Positions 1 to 21,439 of a stretch of DNA of 64,000 nucleotides are shown here, in pieces (the stretch's first letter is position 1; the number at the start of each line of letters is the position of its first letter). The stretch is from the human T2T-CHM13v2.0 reference genome, Homo sapiens. The notes beneath the pieces are model-generated. The model had not been told where the DNA came from and did no database searches. It was given only the letters and a program-made list of their open reading frames with translations. The stretch is from assembly GCF_009914755.1 (NCBI RefSeq), contig NC_060933.1. One strand, written 5' to 3'. Position numbers and translations under genes: made by a program.

Positions 1-529
1 ACCACACATAGTGCCATTGTTGTTATAGAATATTTTCTAGTTGTAAGCTGAACAGAATTCTCTGTCTATCTCTATCCAGGAAAATGTACGCTGTTTAGGG
101 ACCCAAATTTTCTCTCTTCATATACTGGGCAATCTGGTTTTGATCCATAAAGAAAGCATGGGAAGCAAGATGGAAATTTTTTCTTGCAGAACATTTGCAT
201 TAAGTCAAGCTGGATGAGGATGATCCTGAGATGGCCCCGGCCCTGTTCATGTTACCTGTGTGTTGCTGAGTGGTCTTCTGTTGGGTGAGTGTGATGGGAA
301 CATCCTAATTTGCTCAGGATAAAGCTATAGAAGAAGACTGTTCATTACCCTCAGGCCCTTGGCTCCATTTAAATAACCTTCTAGTCCTGTCAATTCTGAA
401 TACAGAATGCCTTTGTTTTATTCAGAGTAAACTCCCGTGTTCTTTCAGTAATCTGGAAAGCCAAGCAAGAGATGTCCCACTCAGTGTCTCTGACATTTGC
501 CTCTACCACCCACATTTTTTATAATTTCC

Positions 530-940
530 CTCCAACCACATCAGCTTCTTCACTTTATTGTGAATACACTAGGTTTCTGATCTTTGACATAAAGGCTCTG
601 CCCCAAGATATCTACTTGGTTCTCCTCTTCATTTAGGTCTGTACGCAAATACCACCTTCTTAGAGAGGTCTCTTCCAAAGTCCCATTGAAATAATTCTCC
701 ATCCGCACCTGCCACTCTCTAAATCCCTTTTCCCACTTCGGTTTTCTTTAGAGATCGTATCACCCTCTCACACATTATAGGCTTATTTGTCTATTGTATA
801 TCTATATGCATTAGACTGTAAGTCCTGAAGAGAGGATTTGAGCATTAGCCATGGGCTTGCCCATACCCTTAACAAATACAACAGTGCCTGAAAGCATAGC
901 AGGCACTCAAAAATAATACGTTGAATAAATGAATGAATGA
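530..940 (+). mobile_element. LINE-2 (L2a-like) 3' end fragment
   Basis: Ends in acagtgcctgaaagcatagcaggcactcaaaaataatacgttgaataaatgaatgaatga, the typical L2 3' terminus with TGAA repeats. Confidence 0.7.
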
Positions 941-1250
941 CTCATTTTCTCTTCTTCCATTCTACTGCCTTCTCTGAGGCCTCATCACTTCTTGCTGAAA
1001 CCATTCCAATAGCTTTCTGATTTCCCTGACTTATTTCCTTTAATTTCTCCTTCACACAACTACCACAATAGTAATTATAAAATACAAATCTAATCATGTC
1101 CTTCCTTTCTTTAAACCCCTCAGTGGCACTCTATTACCCTTTACGGTCAAATTCCTACCTGCCTGCCAAGTCTCATCTCCTACTTTTTTTTTCTTTGTGG
1201 ACTTTTTGTTATAAAATTAAATTTTCACCTTTCCACCATAAGATTTCTCC

Positions 1251-1772
1251 TGTGTTCATTTTCCATTTGCTGCTGTGACAATTCGGCACCAACTTTGTGG
1301 CTTAAAACAACACACATTTATTATCCTTCAGTTCTAGAGGTCAGCAGTCTGACACTGGTCCCACTGGGTTAAGGTCAGGGTATCAGCAGGGCTGTGTTCT
1401 TTTCTGGAGGCTCCAGGAGAGAATCTATTTCCTTGCCTTTTATAGCTTCTACAGGCCACCCCCATTCCTTGACTCAGGGCCACCTCTTTTCATCTTCAAA
1501 ACCAGAAATGTAGCATCTCTCTGACCCTGTTTCTGGCATCACATTTTCTTATTTGACTCTCTTCTTCTGCCTCCCTCTTCCATTTGTAAGGATGCTTATT
1601 GGGTCCATGCAGATAATTTGGGATCATGTCCGTATTTTAATATCATCTGATTAGCCATCTTAATTCTACCTCAACCTTAATTCACCTTTGCCTTATAACC
1701 TAACATATTCACAGGTTCTGGGAATTAGGATGTAGACACCTTTGCGGGGAGGGCTCTTTTCTGCCTAGTACA
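1251..1772 (-). mobile_element. MaLR LTR, MLT1C-like solo LTR inserted in an L2 remnant
   Basis: TG...CA ends; hallmark blocks ggcttaaaacaacacacatttatt, ctgattagccatcttaattc, taacatattcacaggttctgggaattagga. Confidence 0.8.
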
Positions 1773-2370
1773 GTTCCCTTCACCAGGTGTCTTTTCCTCT
1801 TGATATTTTGTATCTGTCTATAGCCTATCCATTTATTTCCCTCATTCCTTAAGTCTCATCCTCCAAGTAAAAGTAACCTGACCCTACATTTTACCCCTAC
1901 AACATGTTTTCCCAAACTTCTCTTAAGGAAGGTAATACTTTTTATCTTATATTACATATTTTCATGTGCATGCCTTATTACCGAAATCAGAGTGCTAGCT
2001 CCTGGATGGCAATAACTGGTCATAATTTAAGACTTCCATGTATATTTAAGTGTTTAACAGAATTTGTTGTTGAAGAATGAATTAGATGAAAAGTAAGTAG
2101 GAAAGAACAAATTAGAAAAGAAAGGAAGACAGGAAAGGAGGTATGGAGGATTTTTGTAGATAATCCACTTTCTCTAGAGACACAGAGATAATGGCTAAAT
2201 CCTCAGGTCACACTGTATCTATTCTATAGCTCTTTTATGGGTAGTCAGAACGGACTTGATTTCATCTCTTACCTACCTTTTTGAATACAGGCCAAATGTT
2301 ACTGAGGTGATCTGGGCAAAAGCCTTGAGGGACTGAAGCATTCAAATGTTCACAAACTCCTCCTCCTCTT

Positions 2371-2832
2371 GGACTAAGGTCAAAGTATCACCAGGGCTGT
2401 GTCCTTTTCTGGAGGTTCCAGGAGAGAATCTATTTCCTTGGTTTTGTTTTTGTTTTTGTTTTGTTTTTGTTTTTTTTGAGACGGAGTCTCGCTGTTGCCC
2501 AGGCTGGAGTGCAGTGGCGCCATCTCTGCTCACTGCAGGCTCCGCCCGCTGGAGTTCATGCCATTCTCTTGCCTCAGGCTCCCGAGTAGCTGGGACTACA
2601 GGCACCCGCAACCTCGCCTGGCTAATTTTTTGTATTTTTAGTAGAGACGGGGTTTCACCGTGTTAGCCAGGATGGTCTCGATCTCCTGACCTCGTGATCC
2701 GCCCGCCTCGGCCTCCCAAAGTGCTGGGATTACAGGCGTGAGCCACCATGCCTGGCTTTCCTTGGTTTTTATAGCTTCTACAAGTGACCCTCATTTCTTG
2801 ACTAATGGCTACCTCCTTTCATCTTCAAAACC
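2371..2832 (-). repeat. ~138-bp local direct duplicate of MLT1C segment 1366-1503, interrupted by an AluY
   Basis: After removing the Alu and one TSD copy it aligns without gaps to 1366-1503 at ~87% (18 mismatches by hand). Confidence 0.8.
2446..2756 (-). mobile_element. AluY-type element with (CAAAAA)n tail
   Basis: Dimeric Alu with ccgtgttagccaggatggtctcgatc (Y diagnostic); TSD tttccttggtttt at 2433-2445 and 2757-2769. Confidence 0.92.
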
Positions 2833-4711
2833 GCATTTGTTATATCATTTTACTTCCACCTGAATATCCAGTGACCAGAAATCTTTTTTTATACCCAAAA
2901 GATCCAAATAAAAGACATTACCCATATGCTTCCTGAAGTTTTTAAGACCCAAATATATTCAATATCCTTGAGTTAAGTAGTAAGAAACTAAATTATGGGA
3001 AGTAACATGACAAAGGACAGATTTGACATCAACAGGTTTGGGTTTGGAACCCAAGTCTCAGATGTCACTTCTGTAATATGGAGTTGATACCATTTGCCTC
3101 ACAGTGTTGTTGTGTAGGACCAACGAAATTATATATATCAAGTGTCCATCATAGTACCCATATAGTAGGTGTATAGAAGAGGTTTCTTCTTGAGCCCCAG
3201 CCCACAAATAAGGAAATGTTGCTATTCCTGGGACTCCTGTTAAGACAATGGAGTGAAATTGGGTCTCGTTTGTCTACATTCTTGGATGTCATTGATTCTG
3301 TGCAGTAATACCAGCCTCCAGGGTACAAAGGTACCAATGCACCCTAGTCTCTAAGACATTAGCTGATGAATCAAAGGCAACACTGGAGAGAGCAGGACCA
3401 GCTGTGGTTCAAAAGTGACTTCCCACCTGGCTTGTGACAGTGACCAAAGTCTAGAGATGGAAATCTACCAGCTGAGTTCAGGGAACAGATTAGCCCAACA
3501 GATACAGCAAAAGTGTCCTTTGCCTATGCCTGGCTTCTACAACTTCTCACAGATAAATTCCAGCCATCTTTTTGATGGCTGTCACTGTCGTTTCTCTCTC
3601 AACTGTAAGTTAAGAAGAATCAAGCCCAAGCTAACAGTGAAAGTATTAGCCAATTGATAACCACGCTCTACTTTGAAGAGCACTATAGAAGCATGGAATT
3701 TTATTTTAACTGGTCAGATATCACATGTGCTCAGCCACCAAGAGCCTTATTTATTGTCGTGATGGAAGCCAGATACAGGGATGCAGTTAAGAAGGAGAGG
3801 ATAGCCGTAATTCCTTGATGTCTTTTTAAAGCCTTGACTCATTTATACTGACTGAAGCTGAGGCCAGGAATGGAGAAATTATTGAGCTCCTCACTTGAAA
3901 AAGTGAGGAGCTGTCAGACATAGTGCCTGGCCACACAGCATATTTGAAGAGAAGAGATTTTTATAAAGGTTTGTGATGATTTGTAGCAATTCAAAGCTTC
4001 CCTTAATAGGGAAATGTATTGCTCAAGGGCTGGATATGCGATGACTTTTGGGCAATCACTATGTCTTGGTTCCCTTATACTTTTGAGGCAATAGCATTTC
4101 GCTAGGAAAAAGATTCCCTCTATGAGTATCACTTGTTTATATTCTGGACATGGTAGCATATATGTATATTCTGACCAAGAGTCATACACTCGCGGATCTA
4201 GACACTGAGGTGGTTCATATCCACAAGCCCATTGATCTACAAGAAGAAACTGCAGCTCTTGAGAGCTAGGAGTAAAAAACTGATCTCTTCTTTGCTTTTT
4301 TTTTGGCATGCCTGAGTGTACCTGCTTTGCTAAATCCAGCATTGCTAAATCCTCCCTTTGCACAGGGTTTTCATTTGCAAAGTTGCTAGTTACTGAACAT
4401 TTGCAACAGAAGCATAGGCGCTAGTTGAGCTTTGGACATGTCTTTCACTATTTAAGTGCGATAACTGGGGAGGGTTTTAAAAGATAACTAGAAATTTGTC
4501 AAGTTATGAGGGTAATGATATTATAGGTAAAGAGCACTAAATGTACAAAGGTATAGGCCACCATCTGCCCTCCCTAATGCCCCACAAAAGCTGGTGGGGG
4601 AACTCTAAAGAGTTCAGAATGACTTAAATGTAAGGCGCATGGAAAGGGATTGGTGAGACATGATGTAGGAAAGGGAAGAAGGGCCATTAGTACCAAGCTA
4701 GGGATGCACAT

Positions 4712-5170
4712 CCATACTTTATTCCAGATTATAGCTTTTCAGATATGGGCCATCTACTTACACATCTTACCAAAGTCAGGAAAAAATAAAAGAATCCAGG
4801 ATCAACCCGTTTGGACCTGAGATAGAGATACCCTTGATGCCAGCCTGTCCTTGTCTCCTGCCTGAGGGTAGATATTTGGGTTTCTATTTTAGACTCTGTG
4901 CTTGAATCCATGGGTTAATAATCAGCTTAGCATTCTGGTTCTCTGTCTGCTACAGTTATTGTCTACTACACTGCTATAGTTTGAATAATTGTCACTTCCA
5001 AAACTCATGGTAAAATTTAATTTCCAATGTGGTAATATTGAGCGTTAGGGCCTTTAATAGATGATTGGGTCATGAGAGCTCTGCCTTCATGAGTGGATTG
5101 ATTCATTCATAGATTAATGGATTAATGAGTTATCATAGGAGTTTTACTGGTAGCTTTATAAAAAGAAGAA
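4712..5170 (+). repeat. Left arm of ~460-bp inverted duplication
   Basis: Reverse complement matches 6336-6711 plus 7026-7113; twin ORFs [13 protein letters not shown] appear on opposite strands in the ORF track. Confidence 0.95.
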
Positions 5171-5385
5171 AGATCTGAGCTAGCACACTCAACCCCCTCA
5201 CTATGTGATGCCCAGAGCCACCTCAGGACTCTGCAGAGTCCCCACAGCAAGAAAATCCTCAACAGGTGCAGCCCCTCAATCTTGGATTTATCATCCTCCA
5301 TAATTGTAAGAAATAAATTTCTTTTCTTTATAAATTACCCAGTTTCAGGTATTTTGTTACAGGTAAGAGAAAAAGGACTAAGACA
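4972..5385 (+). mobile_element. MaLR LTR, MSTD-like solo LTR
   Basis: Starts tgctatagtttgaat, ends ggactaagaca; internal gattaatggattaatg and aataaatttcttttctttataaattacccagtttcaggtatt. Confidence 0.88.
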
Positions 5386-5450
5386 TTTACCAAAAGCAGA
5401 TATGGCCCTAGTCTTCAGTCTGGATTGCCACATTGGCAATCTGATGCTAA

Positions 5451-6333
<883 letters not shown>

Positions 6334-6335
6334 AA

Positions 6336-7113
<778 letters not shown>

Positions 7114-7544
7114 GAGTGCTTAAAAGAGGATTGGACAAAACTCCCAACAGCTATGGGGAAAAAGAGAAACATTTCACTGGGGGACTTGAGAAAAATTCAT
7201 GGAGAATAGGGCATCTTAATGCTTATATGGATTTTAAAGGTTCATGGAGGACAGGGAAAGAACAATAAAGTCAAAATCTGAAATAGGATTGAGAAAGGAG
7301 ACCACACCAAAGACAAATTAGTCCAGTTTTGCCACTTTTAGGATAACTGAAAGTGGGTTAAACTGTTTTCTTAGCAGGAAATGAAAGTATAGGGGACAAT
7401 ATTTGAAAGGAATTATCTTGGAATTTCTTACTGATTATTACTACTCTGTTCAATGGGTTTTTACATAATCTAGGAAGAACTCTTATTTAACATATCCTGA
7501 GCCTTTATTAACACGTAAACATTATGTTAGTTCCTGGGGATACA

Positions 7545-7860
7545 GAGATTAATACTACTATTAATAATAGCAAATATTTAAATAGTGATTCCTATGTGCC
7601 AAGCATTCTTCTCACACCATTACATGTAGTAGCTCACAAGTTTTGTGGGTTTTTTTTGTTTTTTTGCAATATCTCTTTGAAGTTGATACTTTTACTATTT
7701 TTCTCATTTTGGGAAAGATGCTTAGGTTGAGAACCTGAAGTACTGAGAGGTCATGTCACCTACCCATGGTCATCCAGGTGATTCATAGGAGAGCTGAGAT
7801 TCTGATTCAGGCATTTGGCTTTGGATTTTTGGCTGTGAATCACTGTGCTATGCTACTTCT
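7545..7860 (-). mobile_element. MIR SINE
   Basis: ctatgtgccaagcatt...tgaagtactgagaggtcatgtcacctacccatggtca core similarity. Confidence 0.6.
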
Positions 7861-7965
7861 TCAGAATAATTCATAGGTTCTGCCCTTACAAAACATCAAC
7901 TAGAGAGACTGAGATAAAAACCCACTTATGCCTCAACAAAGTTGATCAAAACATAGCCGGCCCCT

Positions 7966-8170
7966 ACCTCTCCAAATGAAAGTGAAATAGAGGCATTTTC
8001 AGATAAGCAAAATCTGACAGAATTTGTCACCAAGCGACCTGCTCAATAAGAAATGCTAAAGGAACCTCTTCAGGCTGAAGACAAAAGATGACAAAAGTTA
8101 AAATCTTGGATCTACCAGAAGAAATGAAGAACATCAGAAATGCTGACTTTGTGAGCAAATAAATACAAAA
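7966..8170 (+). mobile_element. Old L1M ORF1 3' fragment
   Basis: gcattttcagataagcaaaatctgacagaatttgtcacc...aatgctaaaggaacctcttcaggctgaag. Confidence 0.7.
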
Positions 8171-8349
8171 GGTTATCCTTTTCCCCCTTTTGGATAGATT
8201 GGATGGCTCTGCAATTTTTAAGTGGAAAAATGAAATAGGGTAGCATAATTCAAATTTTTTTAGGAAAAGACAACTTGAATATGTCGTGTGTCCAGATTTT
8301 ACATACAATTTTCCCAGTGAAGAGTTTCTCCATGAAAAACTGAGAAAGA

Positions 8350-8558
8350 TTCTGTATATTTTTATTGTGTACAACTTGATGTTTTGAAATACGCATTCAT
8401 TGTGGAATGGCTAAATGGAGATAATTAACATAGCTAGAATCACTTTTTAACTTTCCAACTTTTGTTTTAGATTCAAAGGGTACATGTACATGTGCAGGTT
8501 TGTTACATGGGTACATTGCACGTTGTGGGGGTTTGGTGTATGGATAATTTGTCACCCA
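8350..8558 (-). mobile_element. Two adjacent short L1 3'-end fragments (L1MA-like, then L1PA15/16-like)
   Basis: ttgtgtacaacttgatgttttgaaatacg...tggaatggctaaat, then gggtacatgtacatgtgcaggtttgttacatgggt. Confidence 0.65.
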
Positions 8559-9119
8559 AAACTGGGAAATATTCTATCTAGTTAAGTCTGCAGATTGTTG
8601 GAGAATTTTTTTCAGAGGCAGTCCCAAATCCCCAGTTCATTTATGACTAGAAAGCCTAAATGGGCAATAAGCCAATTCCACCTGCTTGAAACATCCTTGT
8701 TAGACAGTAAAGTCAAGTGGTGAAAGGATTAGAATGCAGTCTGGGAATTCATTAGAATTGGAGAAAGTCTCAGGCCCCAGATAAGTTTTCTCTAAATACA
8801 CAGATTGGCTGGGGAAAGATGTGTAATTTAATAACAGTACCCAATCACATAACCACATCAAGAGCCCATCCAAGGATACTGATGATTTTAGAGAGTGTTC
8901 TAAGCTTATAGGAACCCCTTGCATATGGGGAGATCCTACATGTGTAACCTTGGTGTGACTCTAAGTTGCTTATGATCAAATCAATGTTAGGTGCAATAAG
9001 ATCAGAATATTTTGAATGACTCATAAACGAGTCATTCAGGCACTAAGGTGGGCTTATCTTTGGTCAGATTCCCTAAGAAGCAGAGCCTGAGACAGGGTTT
9101 TGAGATCTCAAGATTTAGT

Positions 9120-13180
<4,061 letters not shown>

Positions 13181-13408
13181 ATTTTTTTATCTTTCTTTTT
13201 TTTAAATTATACTTTAAGTTCGAGGGTACATGTGCACAATGTGCAGGTTTGTTACATATGTATACATGTGCCATGTTTGTGTGCTGCACCCATTAACTCG
13301 TCATTTACATTAGGTATATCTCCTAATGCTATCCCTCCCCACTCCCCCACCCTACAACAGGCCCCGGTGTGTGATGTTCCCCTTCCTGAGTCCAAGTGTT
13401 CTCATTGT

Positions 13409-15284
<1,876 letters not shown>

Positions 15285-15347
15285 TATGATGTTAGCTGGT
15301 TATTTTGCTTGTTAGTTGATGCAGTTTCTTCCTAGCATTGATGGTCT

Positions 15348-16356
15348 TTACCATTTGGCATGTTTTTGCAGTGGCTGGTACTGGTTGTTCCTTTCCATGT
15401 TTAGTGCTTCCTTCAGGAGCTCTTTTAGGGCAGGCCTGGTGGTGACAAAATCTCTCAGCATTTACTTGTCTGTAAAGGATTTTATTTCTCCTTCACTTAT
15501 GAAGTTTAGTTTGGCTGGATATGAAATTCTGGGTTGAAAATTCTTTTCTTTAAGAAATTGGCCCCCACTCTCTTCTGGCTTGTAGAGTTTCTGCCAAGAG
15601 ATCTGCTGTTAGTCTGATGGGCTTCCCTTTGTAGGTAACCCTACCTTTCTCTGTGGCTGCCCTTAACATTTTTTCCTTCATTTCAACGTTGGTGAATCTG
15701 ACAATTATGTGTCTTGGAGTTGCTCTTCTTAAGGAGTATCTTTGTGGCATTCTCTGTATTTCCTGAATTTGAATGTTGGCCTGCCTTGCTAGGTTGGGGA
15801 AGTTCTCCTGGATAATATCCTGCAGAGTGTTTTCCAACTTGGTTCCATTCTCCCCGTCACTTTCAGGTACACCAATCAGACGTAGATTTGGTCTTTTCAC
15901 ATAGTCCCATATTTCTTGGAGGCTTTGTTCATTTCCTTTTACTCTGTTCTTTGTAAACTTCTCTTCTCGCTTCATGTCATTTATTTGATCTTCCATCACT
16001 GATAGCCTTTCTTCCCGTTGATCAAATCGGCTACTGAAGCTTGTACATTCATCACATAGTTCTTGTGCCATGGTTTTCAGCTCCATCAGGTCATTTAAGG
16101 ACTTCTCTACACTGTTATTCTAGTTAGCCATTCATCTAATCTTTTTTCAAGGTTTTTAGCTTCTTTACGATGGGTTCAAACATCCTCCTTTAGCTTGGAG
16201 AAGTTTGATTGTCTGAAACCTTCTTCTCTCAACTCGTCAAAGTCATTCTCCGTCCAGCTTTGTTCCATTGCTGGTGAGGAGCTGCATTCCTTTGTCGGGG
16301 GGAGAGGTACTCTCATTTTCAGAATTTTCAGCTTTTCTGCTCTGTTTTTTCCCCAT
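15348..16356 (-). pseudogene. L1 ORF1p remnant (disrupted)
   Basis: ATGGGGAAAAAACAG start; QEIWDYVKRPNLRLIGVPE and ARREWGP motifs; ~8-bp deletion near 15556 shifts the frame. Confidence 0.88.
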
Positions 16357-16931
16357 CTTTGTGGTTTTATCTACCTTTGGTCTTTGATGATGGTGACATA
16401 CAGATGGGGTTTTGGTGTGGATGTCCTTTCTGTTTGTTAGTTTTCCTTCTAACAGTCAGGACCCTCAGCTGCAGGTTTGTTGGAATTTGCTGGAGGTCCA
16501 CTCCTGATGCTGTTTGCCTGGGTATCAGCAGCGGAGGCTGCAGAACAGCGAATATTGCTGAACAGCAAATGTTGCTGCCTGATCATTCCTCTGGAAGCTT
16601 CGTCTCAGAGGGATACCTGGCCGCGTGACGTGTCAGTCTGCCCCTACTTGGAGGTGCCTCTCAGTTAGGCTACTCGGAGGTCAGGGACCCACTTGAGGAG
16701 GCAGTCTGTCCTTTCTCAGATCTCAAACTCCATGCTGGGAGAACCACTACTCTCTTCAAAGCTGTCAGACAGGGACATTTAAGTCTGCAGAGGTTTCTGC
16801 TGCCTTTTGTTTGGCTATGCCCTGCCCCAAGAGGTGGAGTCTACAGAGGCAGGCAGGCCTCTTTGAGCTGTGGTGGGCTCCACCCAGTTCCAGTTTCCCG
16901 GCCACTTTGTTTACCTACTCAAGCCTCAGCA

Positions 16932-17114
16932 ATGGCACGCGCCTCTCTCCCAGCCTCACGGCCGCCTTGCAGTTCGATCTCAGACTGCTGTGCTAACCAT
17001 GAGCGAGGCTCCGTGATCGTGGGACCCTCCAAGCCAGGCACAGGATATAATCTCCTGGTGTGCCATTTGCTAAGACAGTTGGAAAAGCGCAGTATTAGGG
17101 TGGGAGTGACCTGA
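16932..17114 (+). pseudogene. L1 antisense ORF0 homologue, 60 aa, premature stop
   Basis: MARASLPASRPPCSSISDCCANHERGSVIVGPSKPG... matches ORF0 (MAGAPPPASLPPCSLISDCC...); stop is a CGA>TGA change after RVGVT. Confidence 0.75.
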
Positions 17115-17691
17115 TTTTCTAGGTGCTGTCCATCACCCCTTCCCTTGGCTAGGAAAGGGAATTCCCTGACCCCTTGTGCTTCCTGGGTGAGGAGATGCTT
17201 CGCCCTGCTTTGAGTCACACTCGGTGGGCTGCACCCACTGTCCTGCCCCCACTGTCCCACAAGCCCTAGTGAGATGAACCTGGTACCTCAGTTGGAAATG
17301 CAGAAATCACCTGACTTCTGCATCGCTCACACTGGGAGCTGTAGACTGGAGCTGTTCCTATTCAGCCATCTTGGGACCCCTATTCTTGGTTTAATTTGTT
17401 TTTCTTTTACTAGTTTTTTGTGGTAAAAGTTTAGATCATTTGTTGAAGATCATTTGTTTAGATCATTTTTTCCCAATATAAACATCTAAAGGTATAATTT
17501 CCCACTTTAAAATGCTTTACCACCACAACTTTTTCTTTTACCATACTTTTCATTCATTTTTCTTAGTTCAAAATATTTTAAGTTTTTTCTCATACTTTCA
17601 TCCTTGACCTAAGTATTATTTGAAAGTATATAGTTTGTCAATAATTTGTAATATTTTCAGATATTTTTTAATAATTTCTACTTAGTACTGA

Positions 17692-18047
<356 letters not shown>

Positions 18048-19335
18048 TCAGCTTATTTAATAGTCCAGATTATGGTTGATCTTGGTGACTGTTGTATGTG
18101 CTCCATAGTATGTTGAAGTTTGGATCTCCCCCATTACATATAAATTTGTATATTTGATGGATTTGCTAAAGTCTTAGAGGCTCTGTTAATTTTTCTTAAT
18201 TCTTTTTTTCTTTCTGTTCTCAAACTGGATAATTTCCTATCACCAAACTATCATTTAATAATAAGATAGCACATCACAACTGAAGGAAGACTTTTACAAC
18301 TTAACTTTTATTTCTCTTTGTGCAATTTGTGTCATACATTTTACTCATGTATATTTTATGACACCCATAATAGTTTTTTTTGTTTTACATGGTCAATTAT
18401 GTTTTAAAACATTTTTATTAGAAAAAAGTCTTCTATATTTACCCATATATTTTCTCTATTTCAGGTGATTCTCATCTCTTTGTGCACATTCAAATTTTTG
18501 TCTAGAATCATTTTTTTGTCTAAAGTTGTTTTTAAGCATTTAGCTCAAATTTGCTTCAAATTAATTATGTTAGCTTTTGTTCATATGAAAAAAGTTTTTA
18601 CTTAGCCTTTATTTTTAAAGAATCTTTCTATTTCTTATGGAATTCTAGATTGACAATTATTTTTCTTTTTAGGGCTTTAAAGATGTTCCATTGTGTTTTG
18701 CTTTCCACGGTTTCTAATGAAAAATATGTGTTAATTATCTTTATTCCTTTTTACATAAGGTATGCTTTTTTTCTAGTTGCTTTTAAGGTTTGTTTCCCTC
18801 TTTATTTTGTTTTTACAATTCAATTATGACGTGCCTGCGGGTGAATCTGTATATGTATGTATTTCTTTTTTCCTGATTCTCATTGCACATTTGGATGAGT
18901 AGGTGCACTGCTTTAATCAAATTTGGAATATATTTGTACATTATTCCTTCCAGTATTTTTATGTCCTACTCTCCTACTGGAACTTGAATAACACATAGTT
19001 TGATTTCTCTGTATTATTCCAATAGCTAATGAAACTTTATTAATTTCATTCTTTTTCCTCTGAGTGCTTCATTTTGAATGAATTCTGTCAATATGTCTTC
19101 AAGTTCACTGATCTTTTCTTCTTCAGTATCTAATGTGCTTTATTCCTTCCATTACTTTTTTGCTTTTTTTATAATTACAAAATGTACATCAAATGTGCCA
19201 TTTTAGCAATTTTCAGGTGTATAGTTCAGTGTGATTTAGTACACTGACTTTATTGGGCAATCATCACCCCATTCCCTCCAGAACTTTTAATCATACCAAA
19301 GTGAAACAACATGCACGTTAAACAATAACCTGTCA

Positions 19336-19568
<233 letters not shown>

Positions 19569-20639
19569 CTACATCAAACACATGGAGAATATTTAAACTA
19601 ATTGAATACCCTTATCTACAAATTGAATTATCTCTAACAGTTGTAGGTTTTCTTGTTTTGTGTCACATATTCATGCTTCTTCATATGCCTAGAAGTTTTT
19701 TATTAGTTAGTAGATATTGTGAATTTTGCATTGTTTTGTGCTGCATTTTGTATTTTCCTCTAAGGAATCTTATCATTTTTTGATAAGCAGCTAAGTTCTT
19801 ATGGATTAGTTTGATGCTCTTAAAGTTTATTTTTAAGCAATTCTAGTGTACATCTAGAGAGCAGCCTTTATTCTAGGGCTCATTTAGCTTTACTTTTAAT
19901 GTGTGAGCCTTCTGGCATTTCAACTGAATGTCCTGTGTATTTGATGAGGTCTTTCTATTCTGACTGGAGATAACTTAATTCATTTCTCTGTGTAAGCTTC
20001 AGCAACTATTTGTCTTAAAACTTCCCAGTAATTGTTCTTTCCTTAGAAGCCATTCTTTTCTGGCCTTGTGGTATTTCATTTTTACACATACATAGATATT
20101 TATCTAAAAACTCAAGGGCACCAATATGAAGACTTATGGAATTAATGCCCTCAATAGGTCCCTTCTTGGTGAAACTCTACCTGAAAATATACTTGCCTCT
20201 TTTTTCCTGAACCTTGATGTCTGGCTCCTCAGGTTAACAAGATTGTCAGGTTCCCCATGCTAGCACCATAGTTTATAAATTACCTCTTGGCAGAATGTCG
20301 GGGTAATGGTAGAGTCCCTTTCTTGTTTGCCTTCTTTCATGGTTCACATTCCTTGTGTGTTCATTTTTGTCTTTCCCATTATTCATTCATTATTATTCTG
20401 TGTGTGTTATACTATTTCAGTGATTCTCAAAATATCCATTTATGTAATAATTTTTGCAGTTGGGTCATGGTACATTTTTAGTCAAAGAGGCATGTGTGAT
20501 TCATACTACTATTTTATAGTTTATATAGTCCAGCAGATTTTGCATCAAATAAAATAGAAAAATGCGTATATAAATTAATGCCTATGATCAATGCAATGAC
20601 TGATATTTTAAGCAGGTTGTTTCAAATAAAAAATAAACA

Positions 20640-20845
20640 GTAATTAAAACTGTGACTGTTTTTTAGTGTATACTCTATACCAGCACTCTGGTATGTGTTT
20701 TGCATATATTATTGTTAATATTTCTTCCAAAAAGTTGTTATTATTCCAATTTTATAGATGAAGAAACTGAAACAGAATTGTTAAGCAATTGGCCTAAGGT
20801 TAAATAATTAGCTAAAGGTAGAGCTATAAGTCAAACTTTTCTGTT
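20640..20845 (-). mobile_element. MIR SINE
   Basis: ttttatagatgaagaaactgaaacagaattgttaagcaattggcctaaggt core. Confidence 0.65.
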
Positions 20846-21439
20846 TTATTAAAAAATGATTGCTAATAATAATAATAAAATTATGTTTTGATTTTGTCTT
20901 CTATAAGTAGAAGACAATATGGATTACATATGTATTAATATAATTACATAATCTTTATTTTTGGAGGCAGAGAACAAACAAAAATTTTCCTTATAGCCAT
21001 AATATCTCCTAGAGTTTTATGTGTGTCCAGTCGGAAACATGAACAACTATCATCTGGTACAGACCTTCTCTCTAATTTTGTAGATAAGGAGACAGAGGCC
21101 AAGGAATATGAAAAGATTTGCCCAAGTTGACAAAACTTGTCCAAAGCTGGACTAGCACTCAGCTTTCTTGACTCTCATTTTTTTGTTTCTAAATGACTTT
21201 CCAGTATACATATAAAATATTGGTATTTGTTTTAAGAAACAATGGTTTTATAACTGAAGTTGCATTTGTCTCTGAAACTCTTAGATAATGTGACTACAGC
21301 GAGCAGTAGGGAGGAGTACAGCATGTAAAACATGAGAGAAGGGAAAAACCATAGTAGGATATGTCATTGATTTGGCCAGCACTGTAATTGACTGCTTGAT
21401 AATGTAGGTTCTTCTGAGAAGCCTTATTATTATTAAATC

